Source: Vibrio cholerae ATCC 14035
GTDB lineage: Bacteria; Pseudomonadota; Gammaproteobacteria; Enterobacterales; Vibrionaceae
Direction: 5' to 3'
Assembly (NCBI RefSeq): GCF_000621645.1
Contig: NZ_JHXR01000014.1
Location: 90,001-122,000, forward strand
Length of the DNA: 32,000 nucleotides
Shown here: positions 9,199 to 18,142 of the stretch, piece after piece
Numbering within the stretch: position 1 is the stretch's first letter
Layout: each line of letters begins with the position of its first letter
Translations under genes and position numbers: made by a program
The notes under the pieces: model-generated
What the model was told of the DNA's origin: nothing
Databases searched by the model: none
What the model saw: the letters and a program-made list of their open reading frames with translations, nothing else

Positions 9199-9870
9199 AT
9201 GAAAAAAATACTCATGCTACTCGTGCTGATACTCGGATTAGGCGGAGCAGGTGCGGGATTTTATCTGTTTTATCTCAAGCCGCAGATGGATGCGGAAGCG
9301 GCTAAAGCCAATGAAGTACCTGAAACTGCGCCTGAGACTCCTGCAGAGCCAACTCCCGCTATCGAAGCCAAACCTGAGATTATGGATTTTTATGTCGATG
9401 CGGTGACATTAAGTATTCGTGATCAACCCGATCCCAATGCTTATCCGGATGTTGATAAGCAACTCTATCGTGGTGACAAGGTTCATTTACTTGAAAAAAA
9501 AGGGGGATGGGGGCGTATTTCGGATTATTACGTGTATGAGGACGGTGGGCCTGAAGTGGCAGAGTGGATCCCCTTAGAAGGATTGACCGTCGAACCGCCT
9601 GTGATTACGCAAGAAGAGCGCACTAAAACCTTAACAGGTTATATCGAAAGCTCGGATGATTTTCTTTTGCATCAAGAAAAATTCCTGACTACAACCGATA
9701 CCTTATTAAAAGAGGGAAATTGCTCGCCCAAAGATTTTGAAGAGCTCGGAGGCTGGGTGCGCTCAGTCACTTTCGGAGAGCAGCCGGTGTATTTTATCTA
9801 CTGCGGAGGTTTGAGCCAGACACATAAGATCTACCTGAACGTGCAAACTGGCCAAATTTTCTATCGCTAG
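9199..9870 (+). CDS. Hypothetical membrane-anchored or secreted protein with an Ala/Pro/Glu-rich linker and an SH3-like segment. The track opens at GTG 9169.
   Basis: MKKILMLLVLILGLGGAGAGFYLF anchor. SD ggggga precedes ATG 9199. The SH3b-like stretch is LSIRDQPDPNAY...LYRGDKVHLLEKKGGWGRISDYY. Confidence 0.6.
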   Translation: MKKILMLLVLILGLGGAGAGFYLFYLKPQMDAEAAKANEVPETAPETPAEPTPAIEAKPEIMDFYVDAVTLSIRDQPDPNAYPDVDKQLYRGDKVHLLEKKGGWGRISDYYVYEDGGPEVAEWIPLEGLTVEPPVITQEERTKTLTGYIESSDDFLLHQEKFLTTTDTLLKEGNCSPKDFEELGGWVRSVTFGEQPVYFIYCGGLSQTHKIYLNVQTGQIFYR

Positions 9871-9946
9871 ATCACATTTTTTCGCTTGAGCTTCACTGAG
9901 CATCGGCCTACACTGCTCACTTATCTAAGAGGCGAGATCTGAAGTC

Positions 9947-10402
9947 ATGTACTTGCGTGTTCTGATCCAGTGTTGGTTTGCTTTACTTGCGGTGGTGCTA
10001 CCTTCGCAGGTTTTTGCTTATGCGCTGGAAAGTGAAGCAAGCTCTGCATGTCCAGAAGCCAGCATTTCGACAAATCCGATCCTTGAATCCGATTGGCTTT
10101 TGAGTTCAGCTCCGCAGCCTGCCATACCGAGTTCGCAGTCGCACGTTAGTCATAGTGCTTATGCAATTTTAAATCATTCGCGTCACGCCCCGACACAACG
10201 TCTTCTCGTAGGGTGTGGCTCTGATCTGCCGTTGGACGCTGATTTTGATGAGCCCCAATTAGGCACTTCTCACAGTCGGCCGCTTTTTGCTACAACGACC
10301 GACTACTGCAACCGAAGTTACGACTTTTTCACCTCCTCTCACCGACTTGCGGGTTGGAAAGAGAGTAACGCTATGTATGTAGCGCTCAACAGCCAATTCT
10401 AA
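9947..10402 (+). CDS. vemP: VemP-like export-monitoring translation-arrest peptide (151 aa) upstream of secDF
   Basis: Signal peptide MYLRVLIQCWFALLAVVLPSQVFA. The C-terminus HRLAGWKESNAMYVALNSQF-stop matches the V. alginolyticus VemP arrest motif as I recall it. The ORF sits 71 nt upstream of secD on the same strand. Confidence 0.8.
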   Translation: MYLRVLIQCWFALLAVVLPSQVFAYALESEASSACPEASISTNPILESDWLLSSAPQPAIPSSQSHVSHSAYAILNHSRHAPTQRLLVGCGSDLPLDADFDEPQLGTSHSRPLFATTTDYCNRSYDFFTSSHRLAGWKESNAMYVALNSQF

Positions 10403-10473
10403 CGTTCCCACATTCATTTTTTAGTGTGACATTGTCACTTGTTGAATCACTCAGTTTAGGCTGAGAGGGAACT
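10403..10473 (+). promoter_or_regulatory. vemP-secD intergenic RNA element predicted to occlude the secD Shine-Dalgarno sequence
   Basis: gttccc (10404-10409) is complementary to gggaac (10467-10472), which overlaps the SD gagaggga. A local hairpin ctcag (10450-10454) / ctgag (10461-10465) also covers the 5' half of the SD. Pairing was checked by hand only. Confidence 0.5.
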
Positions 10474-12312
10474 ATGAAGAAAAAAACACAAAATCAGGCG
10501 GCGAAACGCCTGATCAACCACTATTCCGCTTGGAAGTATGTGGTTCTGATAACCACCATCATCATTCTAACCTTAAGTGCTATTCCTACTTGGTATGGCG
10601 AACAACCTTCTATTCAGTTGCAATCTAAAGATGCAACGAGTGTATTACGCAACGTTCCTGAGCTGACGCAATTGCTCAATAAGCAAAACATTCAGGCCGA
10701 TGAAATTACCCAACAAGGGGATAACACCACCTTGGTTTTTGCCAACGAAACGCAGCAATCACAAGCCAGAAATGTACTGGATGCGCTTGTGAAAGAAGGG
10801 GATACGATCACGTATTCTTATGTGTCTGTTGCGCCAAAGTGGCTAGGCAATTTGGGTTTTTCACCCATCAAATTAGGCTTGGATTTACGCGGGGGCGTAC
10901 AGTTTCTGCTGAATGTGGATGTCGATAAGGCCTTCCAAGAACAGCGCGACAGTATGATGGATGCAGTAAAAGATTCGCTGCGTACAGAGCGTTTGCGCGG
11001 TGTCTCGGTGCAAGCGATGGGTAATGATGCTTTTGAGGTCAGAACTGAACAGCCGCAAGCCTTGAGCCATGTACGCAAATACTTGCAAGAAAATTATCGA
11101 GGCTGGGAGATTCGTCAAGGCTCAGATCAGTTGCAGGTTCAGCCATCACAACAAAATAAATCCGAGTTTCAAACTGCGACGATTCAACAGAACTTGAAAA
11201 TCATGCGTGATCGGATTGAAGAACTTGGGATTACAGAAGCTCTGGTTCAACGCCAAGGTGAACATGCGATCCGTATTGAGCTGCCCGGTGTGCAAGACCC
11301 CTCACAGGCGAAGAATGTGATTGGTGCGACCGCAAGTTTGGCGTTTTATGAAGCAAAATCTCCAACGGATGCGCGCAGTTACGACGATTTAATCCTAGAA
11401 GATGGCAATGGACGTCCTGTGATTCTGGCTAAGCGTCCAGTGCTGAGTGGCGAGCATATCGTCAATGCCCGTGCGGGTGTGGACAACATGGGTATGTCTG
11501 AGGTGAACATTTCACTGGATCACGCAGGCGGCAAAATCATGAGTGATTTTTCCGGTAAACACATTGGCAAACCGATGGCGACCGTCTATCGCGAATATAA
11601 AACCAATGCGCGTGGCGAAACCGTTCGCAGTGAGAAAGTGATCAGCGTTGCCACCATTCAATCTCAATTGGGGAGCCAATTTCGTATTACGGGCGCAGGT
11701 TCAATGGAAGAAGCACAGCAGCTCGCCCTACTGTTGCGTGCAGGCTCGCTGACGGCACCTGTCACCATTGTTGAAGAGCGCACCATCGGTGCTTCTTTGG
11801 GTGAAGAAAATATTGCCAACGGTTTTGCTGCTTTGGCGCTTGGTATGGCAATGACGCTGACTTTCATGGCGCTTTGGTATCGCCGCTTGGGTTGGGTGGC
11901 AAATGTCGCTTTGTTGGTCAACATGGCTTGTTTGTTGGGTCTGATTGCTTTATTGCCAGGGGCAGTATTGACCCTACCAGGTATTGCAGGTTTGGTGTTA
12001 ACCGTGGGTATGGCGGTGGATACTAACGTGCTGATCTTTGAACGTATTCGCGACAAACTCAGTGAAGGGCGTAACTTTGCACAAGCTATTGATACCGGTT
12101 TTGACAGTGCTTTCAGCACGATTTTAGATGCCAACATTACCACCATGATCACGGCAGTCATTCTGTATTCGATTGGTAATGGTCCTATCCAAGGCTTTGC
12201 TTTGACTTTGGGCTTAGGCCTACTCACCAGCATGTTCAGTGGCGTATTCGCTTCACGAGCATTGATTAATTTGGTTTGGGGACGCGATACGCGTCGTGAT
12301 GTGAGGGTATAA
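10474..12312 (+). CDS. secD: Protein translocase subunit SecD (paralog-type, 612 aa)
   Basis: N-terminal YSAWKYVVLI TM, a large periplasmic P1 domain with LDLRGGV, and a C-terminal 6-TM RND-like region. Confidence 0.92.
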   Translation: MKKKTQNQAAKRLINHYSAWKYVVLITTIIILTLSAIPTWYGEQPSIQLQSKDATSVLRNVPELTQLLNKQNIQADEITQQGDNTTLVFANETQQSQARNVLDALVKEGDTITYSYVSVAPKWLGNLGFSPIKLGLDLRGGVQFLLNVDVDKAFQEQRDSMMDAVKDSLRTERLRGVSVQAMGNDAFEVRTEQPQALSHVRKYLQENYRGWEIRQGSDQLQVQPSQQNKSEFQTATIQQNLKIMRDRIEELGITEALVQRQGEHAIRIELPGVQDPSQAKNVIGATASLAFYEAKSPTDARSYDDLILEDGNGRPVILAKRPVLSGEHIVNARAGVDNMGMSEVNISLDHAGGKIMSDFSGKHIGKPMATVYREYKTNARGETVRSEKVISVATIQSQLGSQFRITGAGSMEEAQQLALLLRAGSLTAPVTIVEERTIGASLGEENIANGFAALALGMAMTLTFMALWYRRLGWVANVALLVNMACLLGLIALLPGAVLTLPGIAGLVLTVGMAVDTNVLIFERIRDKLSEGRNFAQAIDTGFDSAFSTILDANITTMITAVILYSIGNGPIQGFALTLGLGLLTSMFSGVFASRALINLVWGRDTRRDVRV

Positions 12313-12315
12313 GCC

Positions 12316-13218
12316 ATGGTTGACTATTTAAAATCTCGAATCCGTCCGATTCGCTACATCACTGGCATTATTTCGGTCTTGTTGATGGTGATCTCGCTAG
12401 GGGCTTTTGCAATCAAAGGCTTGAATATGGGCTTAGATTTCACCGGCGGGATGGTCACGGAAGCGATCATTAATCACTCGGTGACCAAGTCTCAGCTGAT
12501 GGATCAATTACAGCCGGTACTGGGGGAGTCGGTTTCTGTCACGCCTTCGGGAGAAGAAGGGCGTTGGGTGATCCGTTATCCATTAGCTGCTGAAGATGCT
12601 ACGCCTGTAGACATTGCGACAGAGCTGCATCACATCTCAGATCAAGTGCAAATTGTCAGTAACAGCATGGTGGGATCGCAAGTTGGGCAAGAGTTGATCG
12701 ATCAAGGCGGACTCGCTTTGTTGATTTGTCTGCTCTCAATACTGGCTTACTTGAGCTTTCGTTTTGAATGGCGTTTAGCGAGCGGAGCCCTATTAGCTCT
12801 GCTGCATGACGTGATTTTGGTACTGGGTTTCTTTGCGATAACGCAAATGGAATTCAACTTGACGGTATTTGCCGCAGTCTTAGCGGTGCTCGGCTATTCA
12901 TTGAACGACTCGATCATTATTTCGGATCGTATCCGAGAATTACTGTTAGCGAAGCAGCAGACGCCAACCGCAGATATTAATGACCAAGCCATTATTGCGA
13001 CCTTCTCACGTACAATGGTGACATCAGGTACCACTTTGATGACCATTTCGGCACTTTGGCTGATGGGCGGTGCCCCGTTACAAGGTTTCGCCATCGCCAT
13101 GTTTATCGGCATAATTTCAGGGACTTGGTCATCGATTTCGATTGGTACTGTGTTACCTGAATGGTTAGGTTTGGAATCGAAGCACTATCTCCCTGTTGAG
13201 TTGGATGCAGCACCATAA
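12316..13218 (+). CDS. secF: Protein translocase subunit SecF (300 aa)
   Basis: GLDFTGG motif and 6 TM segments. The ATG lies 3 nt after the secD stop. Confidence 0.92.
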   Translation: MVDYLKSRIRPIRYITGIISVLLMVISLGAFAIKGLNMGLDFTGGMVTEAIINHSVTKSQLMDQLQPVLGESVSVTPSGEEGRWVIRYPLAAEDATPVDIATELHHISDQVQIVSNSMVGSQVGQELIDQGGLALLICLLSILAYLSFRFEWRLASGALLALLHDVILVLGFFAITQMEFNLTVFAAVLAVLGYSLNDSIIISDRIRELLLAKQQTPTADINDQAIIATFSRTMVTSGTTLMTISALWLMGGAPLQGFAIAMFIGIISGTWSSISIGTVLPEWLGLESKHYLPVELDAAP

Positions 13219-13239
13219 ATTGCTCATATAAAATAGAAT

Positions 13240-13268
13240 AAAGCCAGTTTGTACTGGCTTTATTTGTA
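13240..13268 (+). terminator. Rho-independent terminator after secF
   Basis: Stem aaagccagt (13240-13248) / actggcttt (13253-13261), loop ttgt, then atttgtattt. Confidence 0.7.
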
Positions 13269-13888
13269 TTTGAAGATATTAAATCTATTATTTTGCTAAA
13301 TGTATCTATAGTTATATTTGTTAATTCAATATTTGCTGGTTTAATTGCTGATAATAATAACGCTATCCTGATATAAAATGATTAATGTCAGTCCTGTTAA
13401 TAGTACGTCTGTAATCAGAGACTAAATCGCTACTGTTCGAATCTGTGTTATCTATCATTAACACATCGAAAATGTGTTACGTTTAATGTTTCTTATGTAA
13501 CCATTTTTGATTTTAACTCGCTGATAAAATTGATTTATTTTTATTTCACTCTGAATTTTTGAGTTAAAACCTCTTATCTTTCAAGAACATTTATTTATTT
13601 AACATTTTATTATCATTTCATTTGAATAGCGATATTGATCAACTTTTATAAAAATACACGAAACTGAATTTGAAATGTCATAAACCTCGATTAGGGTTAA
13701 ATAGGGTAAGTAATTCGAATAACCTATCTAACTGATTATTTAATAAATAATTTGGTTATAGAACTACTTACTAATAAGCATTTTTTATTTCATGTTGAGC
13801 GTAATATACGTTCGCCAATTCGAACCACACTGAGTGTCAGAGTTGGAGAGGTATAAATCTAATATTGCTGTTGAGAATGGAGTCTTGA

Positions 13889-14629
13889 ATGAGAAAAATC
13901 GCTTTGATCACAGGATCGAAAGGCGGGATTGGTTCTGCAATTTCAACCCAGTTGGTCAGTGAAGGTTATCGAGTTATTGCCACTTACTATACGGGCAATT
14001 ACCAATGTGCGTTAGATTGGTTTAATGAAAAGCAATTTACCGAGGATCAAGTGCGCCTCTTAGAGCTAGACGTCACCAATACCGAAGAGTGTGCTGAGCG
14101 TTTAGCCAAACTGCTTGAAGAAGAAGGCACCATTGATGTGGTGGTTAACAACGCAGGTATCACGCGTGACAGTGTGTTCAAAAAAATGCCCCATCAAGCA
14201 TGGAAAGAGGTCATAGATACTAACCTCAATAGCGTATTCAATGTTACCCAGCCTTTGTTTGCCGCTATGTGTGAAAAAGGGTTTGGTCGAATCATCAATA
14301 TCTCCTCGGTTAATGGTCTCAAAGGTCAGTTTGGTCAAACTAACTATTCGGCAGCCAAAGCTGGGATGATTGGTTTTTCTAAAGCATTAGCTGCAGAAGG
14401 CGCACGCTACGGTGTGACGGTTAACGTGATTGCACCTGGCTATACGCTGACGCCAATGGTTGAGCAAATGCGCGCTGAAGTTTTGCAATCCATTGTGGAT
14501 CAAGTACCCATGAAACGCTTGGCTAAGCCGGAAGAGATAGCTAATGCCGTCAGTTACTTAGCCAGCGATGCCGCCGCCTATATCACAGGGGAAACCTTGT
14601 CGGTGAACGGCGGCTTATACATGCGCTAA
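13889..14629 (+). CDS. phaB: Acetoacetyl-CoA reductase (SDR family), 246 aa
   Basis: TGSKGGIGSA cofactor motif, NNAG, and the catalytic YSAAK. Clustered with thiolase, phasin and PHA synthase genes. Confidence 0.9.
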   Translation: MRKIALITGSKGGIGSAISTQLVSEGYRVIATYYTGNYQCALDWFNEKQFTEDQVRLLELDVTNTEECAERLAKLLEEEGTIDVVVNNAGITRDSVFKKMPHQAWKEVIDTNLNSVFNVTQPLFAAMCEKGFGRIINISSVNGLKGQFGQTNYSAAKAGMIGFSKALAAEGARYGVTVNVIAPGYTLTPMVEQMRAEVLQSIVDQVPMKRLAKPEEIANAVSYLASDAAAYITGETLSVNGGLYMR

Positions 14630-14641
14630 GTAGGAGGAAGT

Positions 14642-15847
14642 ATGGAAAAGATCTATATCGTGGGAGCAAAGCGCTCAGCTATCGGAGCCTTTGGTGGTTC
14701 ACTTAAAGAGTGTTCGGCAGGCGCTTTGGCAGGACAAGTCATCCAAGCCGCTCTTGAAGCCGCACAAGTCAAACCTGAAGCTGTCGATGAAGTGATTGTT
14801 GGTAACGTTGTGAGTGCCGGACAAGGCATGGGTGTTGGGCGTCAAGCGGCTTTAGTGGCTGGTGTTCCACAGTCGGTTCCAGCTTACAGCATCAACATGG
14901 TGTGTGGCAGTGGGATGAAATCGGTGATGGATGGGGTTGCGCACATCAAAGCGGGAGATGCTTCTGTCGTTGTGGCCGCTGGTGTTGAGGTCATGTCACA
15001 AATCCCATTTGTTACGCCTGCCAGCTTACGAGATGGGCAGAAAATGGGCGCGTTTGAAGTGAAAGATCTGCTCATCCATGACGGTCTGACCGATGTCTTC
15101 AATCAATACCACATGGGTGTGACGGCAGAAAATATCGCTAAACAGTACGACATCGCTCGTCAAACACAAGATGAGTTTGCGTTGGCCAGCCAAATGAAAG
15201 CGACAGCGGCCATTGAAGCCGGACATTTTAAGCGAGAAATTGTGCCTATTTCGGTCAAAAAACGCCGTGAAACCGTCGTGTTTGATACGGATGAATACCC
15301 TAAACCGACGACCACGTTGGCAGCATTGCAAGGCTTACGCGCCGCCTTCGATGCACAAGGTACGGTTACCGCAGGTAATGCTTCTGGAATTAACGATGGT
15401 GCCAGTGCGGTGATTATCGCCAGCGAAAGTGCGGTAAAAAAACTAGGCTTAACCCCTATCGCAGAAATTATGAGTTATGCACAAACAGGGTTGGATCCGA
15501 AAGTCATGGGCTTAGGGCCTGTGAGTGCAGTCACTCAAGCATTAGCGAAAGCAGAATTATCTATCACTCAGGTTGATCTGTTTGAACTTAACGAAGCGTT
15601 TGCCGCTCAAGCATTAGGTGTCGTTTACGGTTTAGCTGATCAACACGCGATTCAACCTGAGGCGATTTTAGAAAAAGCCAACGTCAATGGCGGTGCCATT
15701 GCGTTAGGGCATCCACTAGGGGCATCGGGTAACCGCATTCTGGTTACTCTGCTTCATGAATTACAGCGTCGCCAAAAACATTATGGCGTCGCTTCACTCT
15801 GCGTCGGCGGTGGCATGGGCACCGCGATCGTGATTAAAACAGTTTAA
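14642..15847 (+). CDS. phaA: Acetyl-CoA acetyltransferase (biosynthetic thiolase), 401 aa
   Basis: Active-site NMVCGSGMKS, GHPLGASG, CVGGGMG. SD aggagg. Confidence 0.92.
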   Translation: MEKIYIVGAKRSAIGAFGGSLKECSAGALAGQVIQAALEAAQVKPEAVDEVIVGNVVSAGQGMGVGRQAALVAGVPQSVPAYSINMVCGSGMKSVMDGVAHIKAGDASVVVAAGVEVMSQIPFVTPASLRDGQKMGAFEVKDLLIHDGLTDVFNQYHMGVTAENIAKQYDIARQTQDEFALASQMKATAAIEAGHFKREIVPISVKKRRETVVFDTDEYPKPTTTLAALQGLRAAFDAQGTVTAGNASGINDGASAVIIASESAVKKLGLTPIAEIMSYAQTGLDPKVMGLGPVSAVTQALAKAELSITQVDLFELNEAFAAQALGVVYGLADQHAIQPEAILEKANVNGGAIALGHPLGASGNRILVTLLHELQRRQKHYGVASLCVGGGMGTAIVIKTV

Positions 15848-15876
15848 CTTTAGATTCATTCACTAGGAGATAACGT

Positions 15877-16224
15877 ATGTACACGGAATTTTTTAAAACA
15901 TTCAGCGATCAAACTGAGAAGAACTTCGAACCGTATATCAAGTTCAACAAGTTGGTGACCAAGAATGTTGAAGTGCTGACTGAGCTGCAACTGAATGCTA
16001 TCCGCACATACAGCGATCTGGGTTTGGCGCAAATGAAAGCGGCCAGTGAGATCAAAGATGTGACTTCCTTAACCTCGTTCAACTCTCAACAGTTGGGCGT
16101 ACTGAACAAGCTCTCTCAGCAAATGATGGATGACAGCAAAAAACTGCAAAACATCGCGAAAGAGTTTAAAGATGATGTAGAAAAACTTGCCTCTGAAAAC
16201 CTTAAGACAGTGACCCCTGCGTAA
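15877..16224 (+). CDS. phaP: Phasin (PHA granule-associated protein), 115 aa
   Basis: A small amphipathic helical protein between phaA and phaC, of the Phasin_2 type (FEPYIKFNKL...). SD aggaga. Confidence 0.75.
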   Translation: MYTEFFKTFSDQTEKNFEPYIKFNKLVTKNVEVLTELQLNAIRTYSDLGLAQMKAASEIKDVTSLTSFNSQQLGVLNKLSQQMMDDSKKLQNIAKEFKDDVEKLASENLKTVTPA

Positions 16225-16235
16225 CACTGTATTTC

Positions 16236-16268
16236 GCGCCGCCTTCGGGCGGCGCTTTTTTCTGTTTT
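16236..16268 (+). terminator. Strong intra-cluster Rho-independent terminator between phaP and phaC
   Basis: Perfect GC stem gcgccgcc (16236-16243) / ggcggcgc (16248-16255), a ttcg tetraloop, then ttttttctgtttt. The phaC SD aaggag starts about 15 nt after the stem. Confidence 0.8.
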
Positions 16269-16281
16269 AAGGAGTAAGTGT

Positions 16282-18057
16282 ATGTTCCAACATGCCTTTA
16301 CGGACTACCTTGTCCAATTACAACAAGTGAATCAACGTTGGTGGAAAGAGGTTGAACAGAGCAAAGCGACCGTAAATTCCCCACTCAACAAAGCGATGCA
16401 AGAAGTGAATCTGGAAGACTCACTTAAGTTTTTTGAGCAAGCGGTCAACCAACCGGCTGCCTTGTTAAAATTGCAAACTCAATGGTGGGAGCAACAACTT
16501 CAGATTTGGCAAAAAGTGGTGCTAGAGTCCAAAGTTCAATCTATCATGGAAGCCGAAAAAGGAGACAAGCGTTTTAGCCATGAAGCGTGGCAGCAAGATC
16601 CTTTCTTCAATTTCATCAAACAATCCTATCTGTTGTTTAGCAAAACGTACCTCGATACCATCAACGCTATCGAAGGCCTCGATGAGAAATCCAAAGAGCG
16701 GATTTTGTTCTTCTCACGTCAGATGATCAATGCGCTTTCTCCGAGCAATTTCATTGCGACGAACCCAGAGTTGCTGCGTCTAACCTTAGAGAAAAATGGT
16801 GAAAACTTGATTGCGGGTCTTGAGCAACTGAAAGAGGACGTGGCTTCCAGTGCGGACATTCTCAAAATCCGCATGACCAACAACAATGCTTTCCGTCTTG
16901 GCGAAGATGTGGCCAACACGCCGGGTGAAGTGGTGTTCAAAAATGAGGTGTTTGAGCTCATTCAATACAAACCTCTGACTGAGCAAGTGGCAGTAACGCC
17001 ACTGTTGATCGTTCCGCCTTTTATCAACAAATACTACATCCTTGATTTGCGTGAGAAAAACTCCATGGTGCGCTGGCTAGTCGAGCAAGGGCACTCTGTG
17101 TTTATGATCTCATGGCGCAATCCGGGTGCGGCGCAAGCCCAACTCAATTTTGAAGATTATGTGCTAGAAGGCGTCGTTAAAGCGGTGAATGCGATTGAAT
17201 CGATCACTGGACAAGATCAGATCAACGCGGCAGGTTATTGCATTGGCGGAACAGTATTAGCGACAACCATTGCTTACTACGCGGCTAAACGCATGAAAAA
17301 ACGCATCAAAACCGCGAGCTTTTTCACCACGTTGCTCGATTTCTCTCAACCGGGAGAAGTGGGAGCCTACATCAACGACACCATCATTCGAGCCATTGAG
17401 CTGCAAAATAATGCCAAAGGCTATATGGATGGCCGCTCACTCAGCGTGACATTCAGTTTGCTCCGTGAAAATAGCCTGTACTGGAATTACTACGTGGACA
17501 ACTACCTGAAAGGGCAGAGTCCGGTTGATTTTGACCTTCTGTACTGGAATAGCGACAGCACTAACGTGGCAGGTGCTTGCCATAACTTCTTGTTACGAGA
17601 GCTCTATCTTGAGAACAAGTTGGTTCAGGAGAAGGGCGTCAAAGTCGGTGGTGTCTGGATTGATTTAGATAAAATCAAAGTGCCGAGTTATTTCATTTCT
17701 ACCAAAGAAGATCACATTGCTCTATGGCAAGGCACTTACCGTGGCGCATTGCGTACGGGGGGTAACAAAACCTTTGTGCTGGGTGAGTCTGGGCATATTG
17801 CGGGAATCGTTAACCATCCTGACAAACGTAAGTATGGTTACTGGGTTAACGACACCTTGGATGATTCTGCGGAAGATTGGCTGGAAACGGCCCAGCACCG
17901 AGAAGGTTCATGGTGGGTGCATTGGAATGAATGGTTAAACGGCTTTGCAGATGGCAGCAAAGTTGAACCTTATCCATTAGGTAATACCGACTATCCGGTG
18001 TTGTACAGCGCACCGGGTGAGTATGTAAAACAGGTCTTACCCATTCAAGACGCCTAA
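16282..18057 (+). CDS. phaC: Class I poly(3-hydroxyalkanoate) synthase, 591 aa
   Basis: Lipase-box GYCIGGT, an alpha/beta-hydrolase core, and a size typical of class I PhaC. Confidence 0.92.
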   Translation: MFQHAFTDYLVQLQQVNQRWWKEVEQSKATVNSPLNKAMQEVNLEDSLKFFEQAVNQPAALLKLQTQWWEQQLQIWQKVVLESKVQSIMEAEKGDKRFSHEAWQQDPFFNFIKQSYLLFSKTYLDTINAIEGLDEKSKERILFFSRQMINALSPSNFIATNPELLRLTLEKNGENLIAGLEQLKEDVASSADILKIRMTNNNAFRLGEDVANTPGEVVFKNEVFELIQYKPLTEQVAVTPLLIVPPFINKYYILDLREKNSMVRWLVEQGHSVFMISWRNPGAAQAQLNFEDYVLEGVVKAVNAIESITGQDQINAAGYCIGGTVLATTIAYYAAKRMKKRIKTASFFTTLLDFSQPGEVGAYINDTIIRAIELQNNAKGYMDGRSLSVTFSLLRENSLYWNYYVDNYLKGQSPVDFDLLYWNSDSTNVAGACHNFLLRELYLENKLVQEKGVKVGGVWIDLDKIKVPSYFISTKEDHIALWQGTYRGALRTGGNKTFVLGESGHIAGIVNHPDKRKYGYWVNDTLDDSAEDWLETAQHREGSWWVHWNEWLNGFADGSKVEPYPLGNTDYPVLYSAPGEYVKQVLPIQDA

Positions 18058-18092
18058 AAGTAACGCCACCTTAGGGTGGCGTTATTCTTGTT
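18058..18092. terminator. Bidirectional terminator between the convergent phaC and ABC ATPase genes
   Basis: Stem aacgccacc (18062-18070) / ggtggcgtt (18075-18083), with T-rich sequence on both sides. Confidence 0.7.
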
Positions 18093-18142
18093 GTACTTGA
18101 GTTTAAATGTCGAGAGAGACGGCTTTACTCAAGGTGTTATCA

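Noticed and set aside
11664-12317. 217-aa ORF antisense to the secD membrane domain
   Set aside because: This is a typical shadow ORF opposite a codon-biased membrane gene. It is rich in Ser, Pro, Lys, Ala and Arg at low complexity, and has no independent signals.
13269-13888. AT-rich gap as a possible prophage or island remnant, CRISPR leader or small-gene cluster
   Set aside because: It has no repeat-spacer periodicity, no ORF longer than about 15 codons with an SD, and no integrase or att-like direct repeats. I treat it as a long regulatory region instead.
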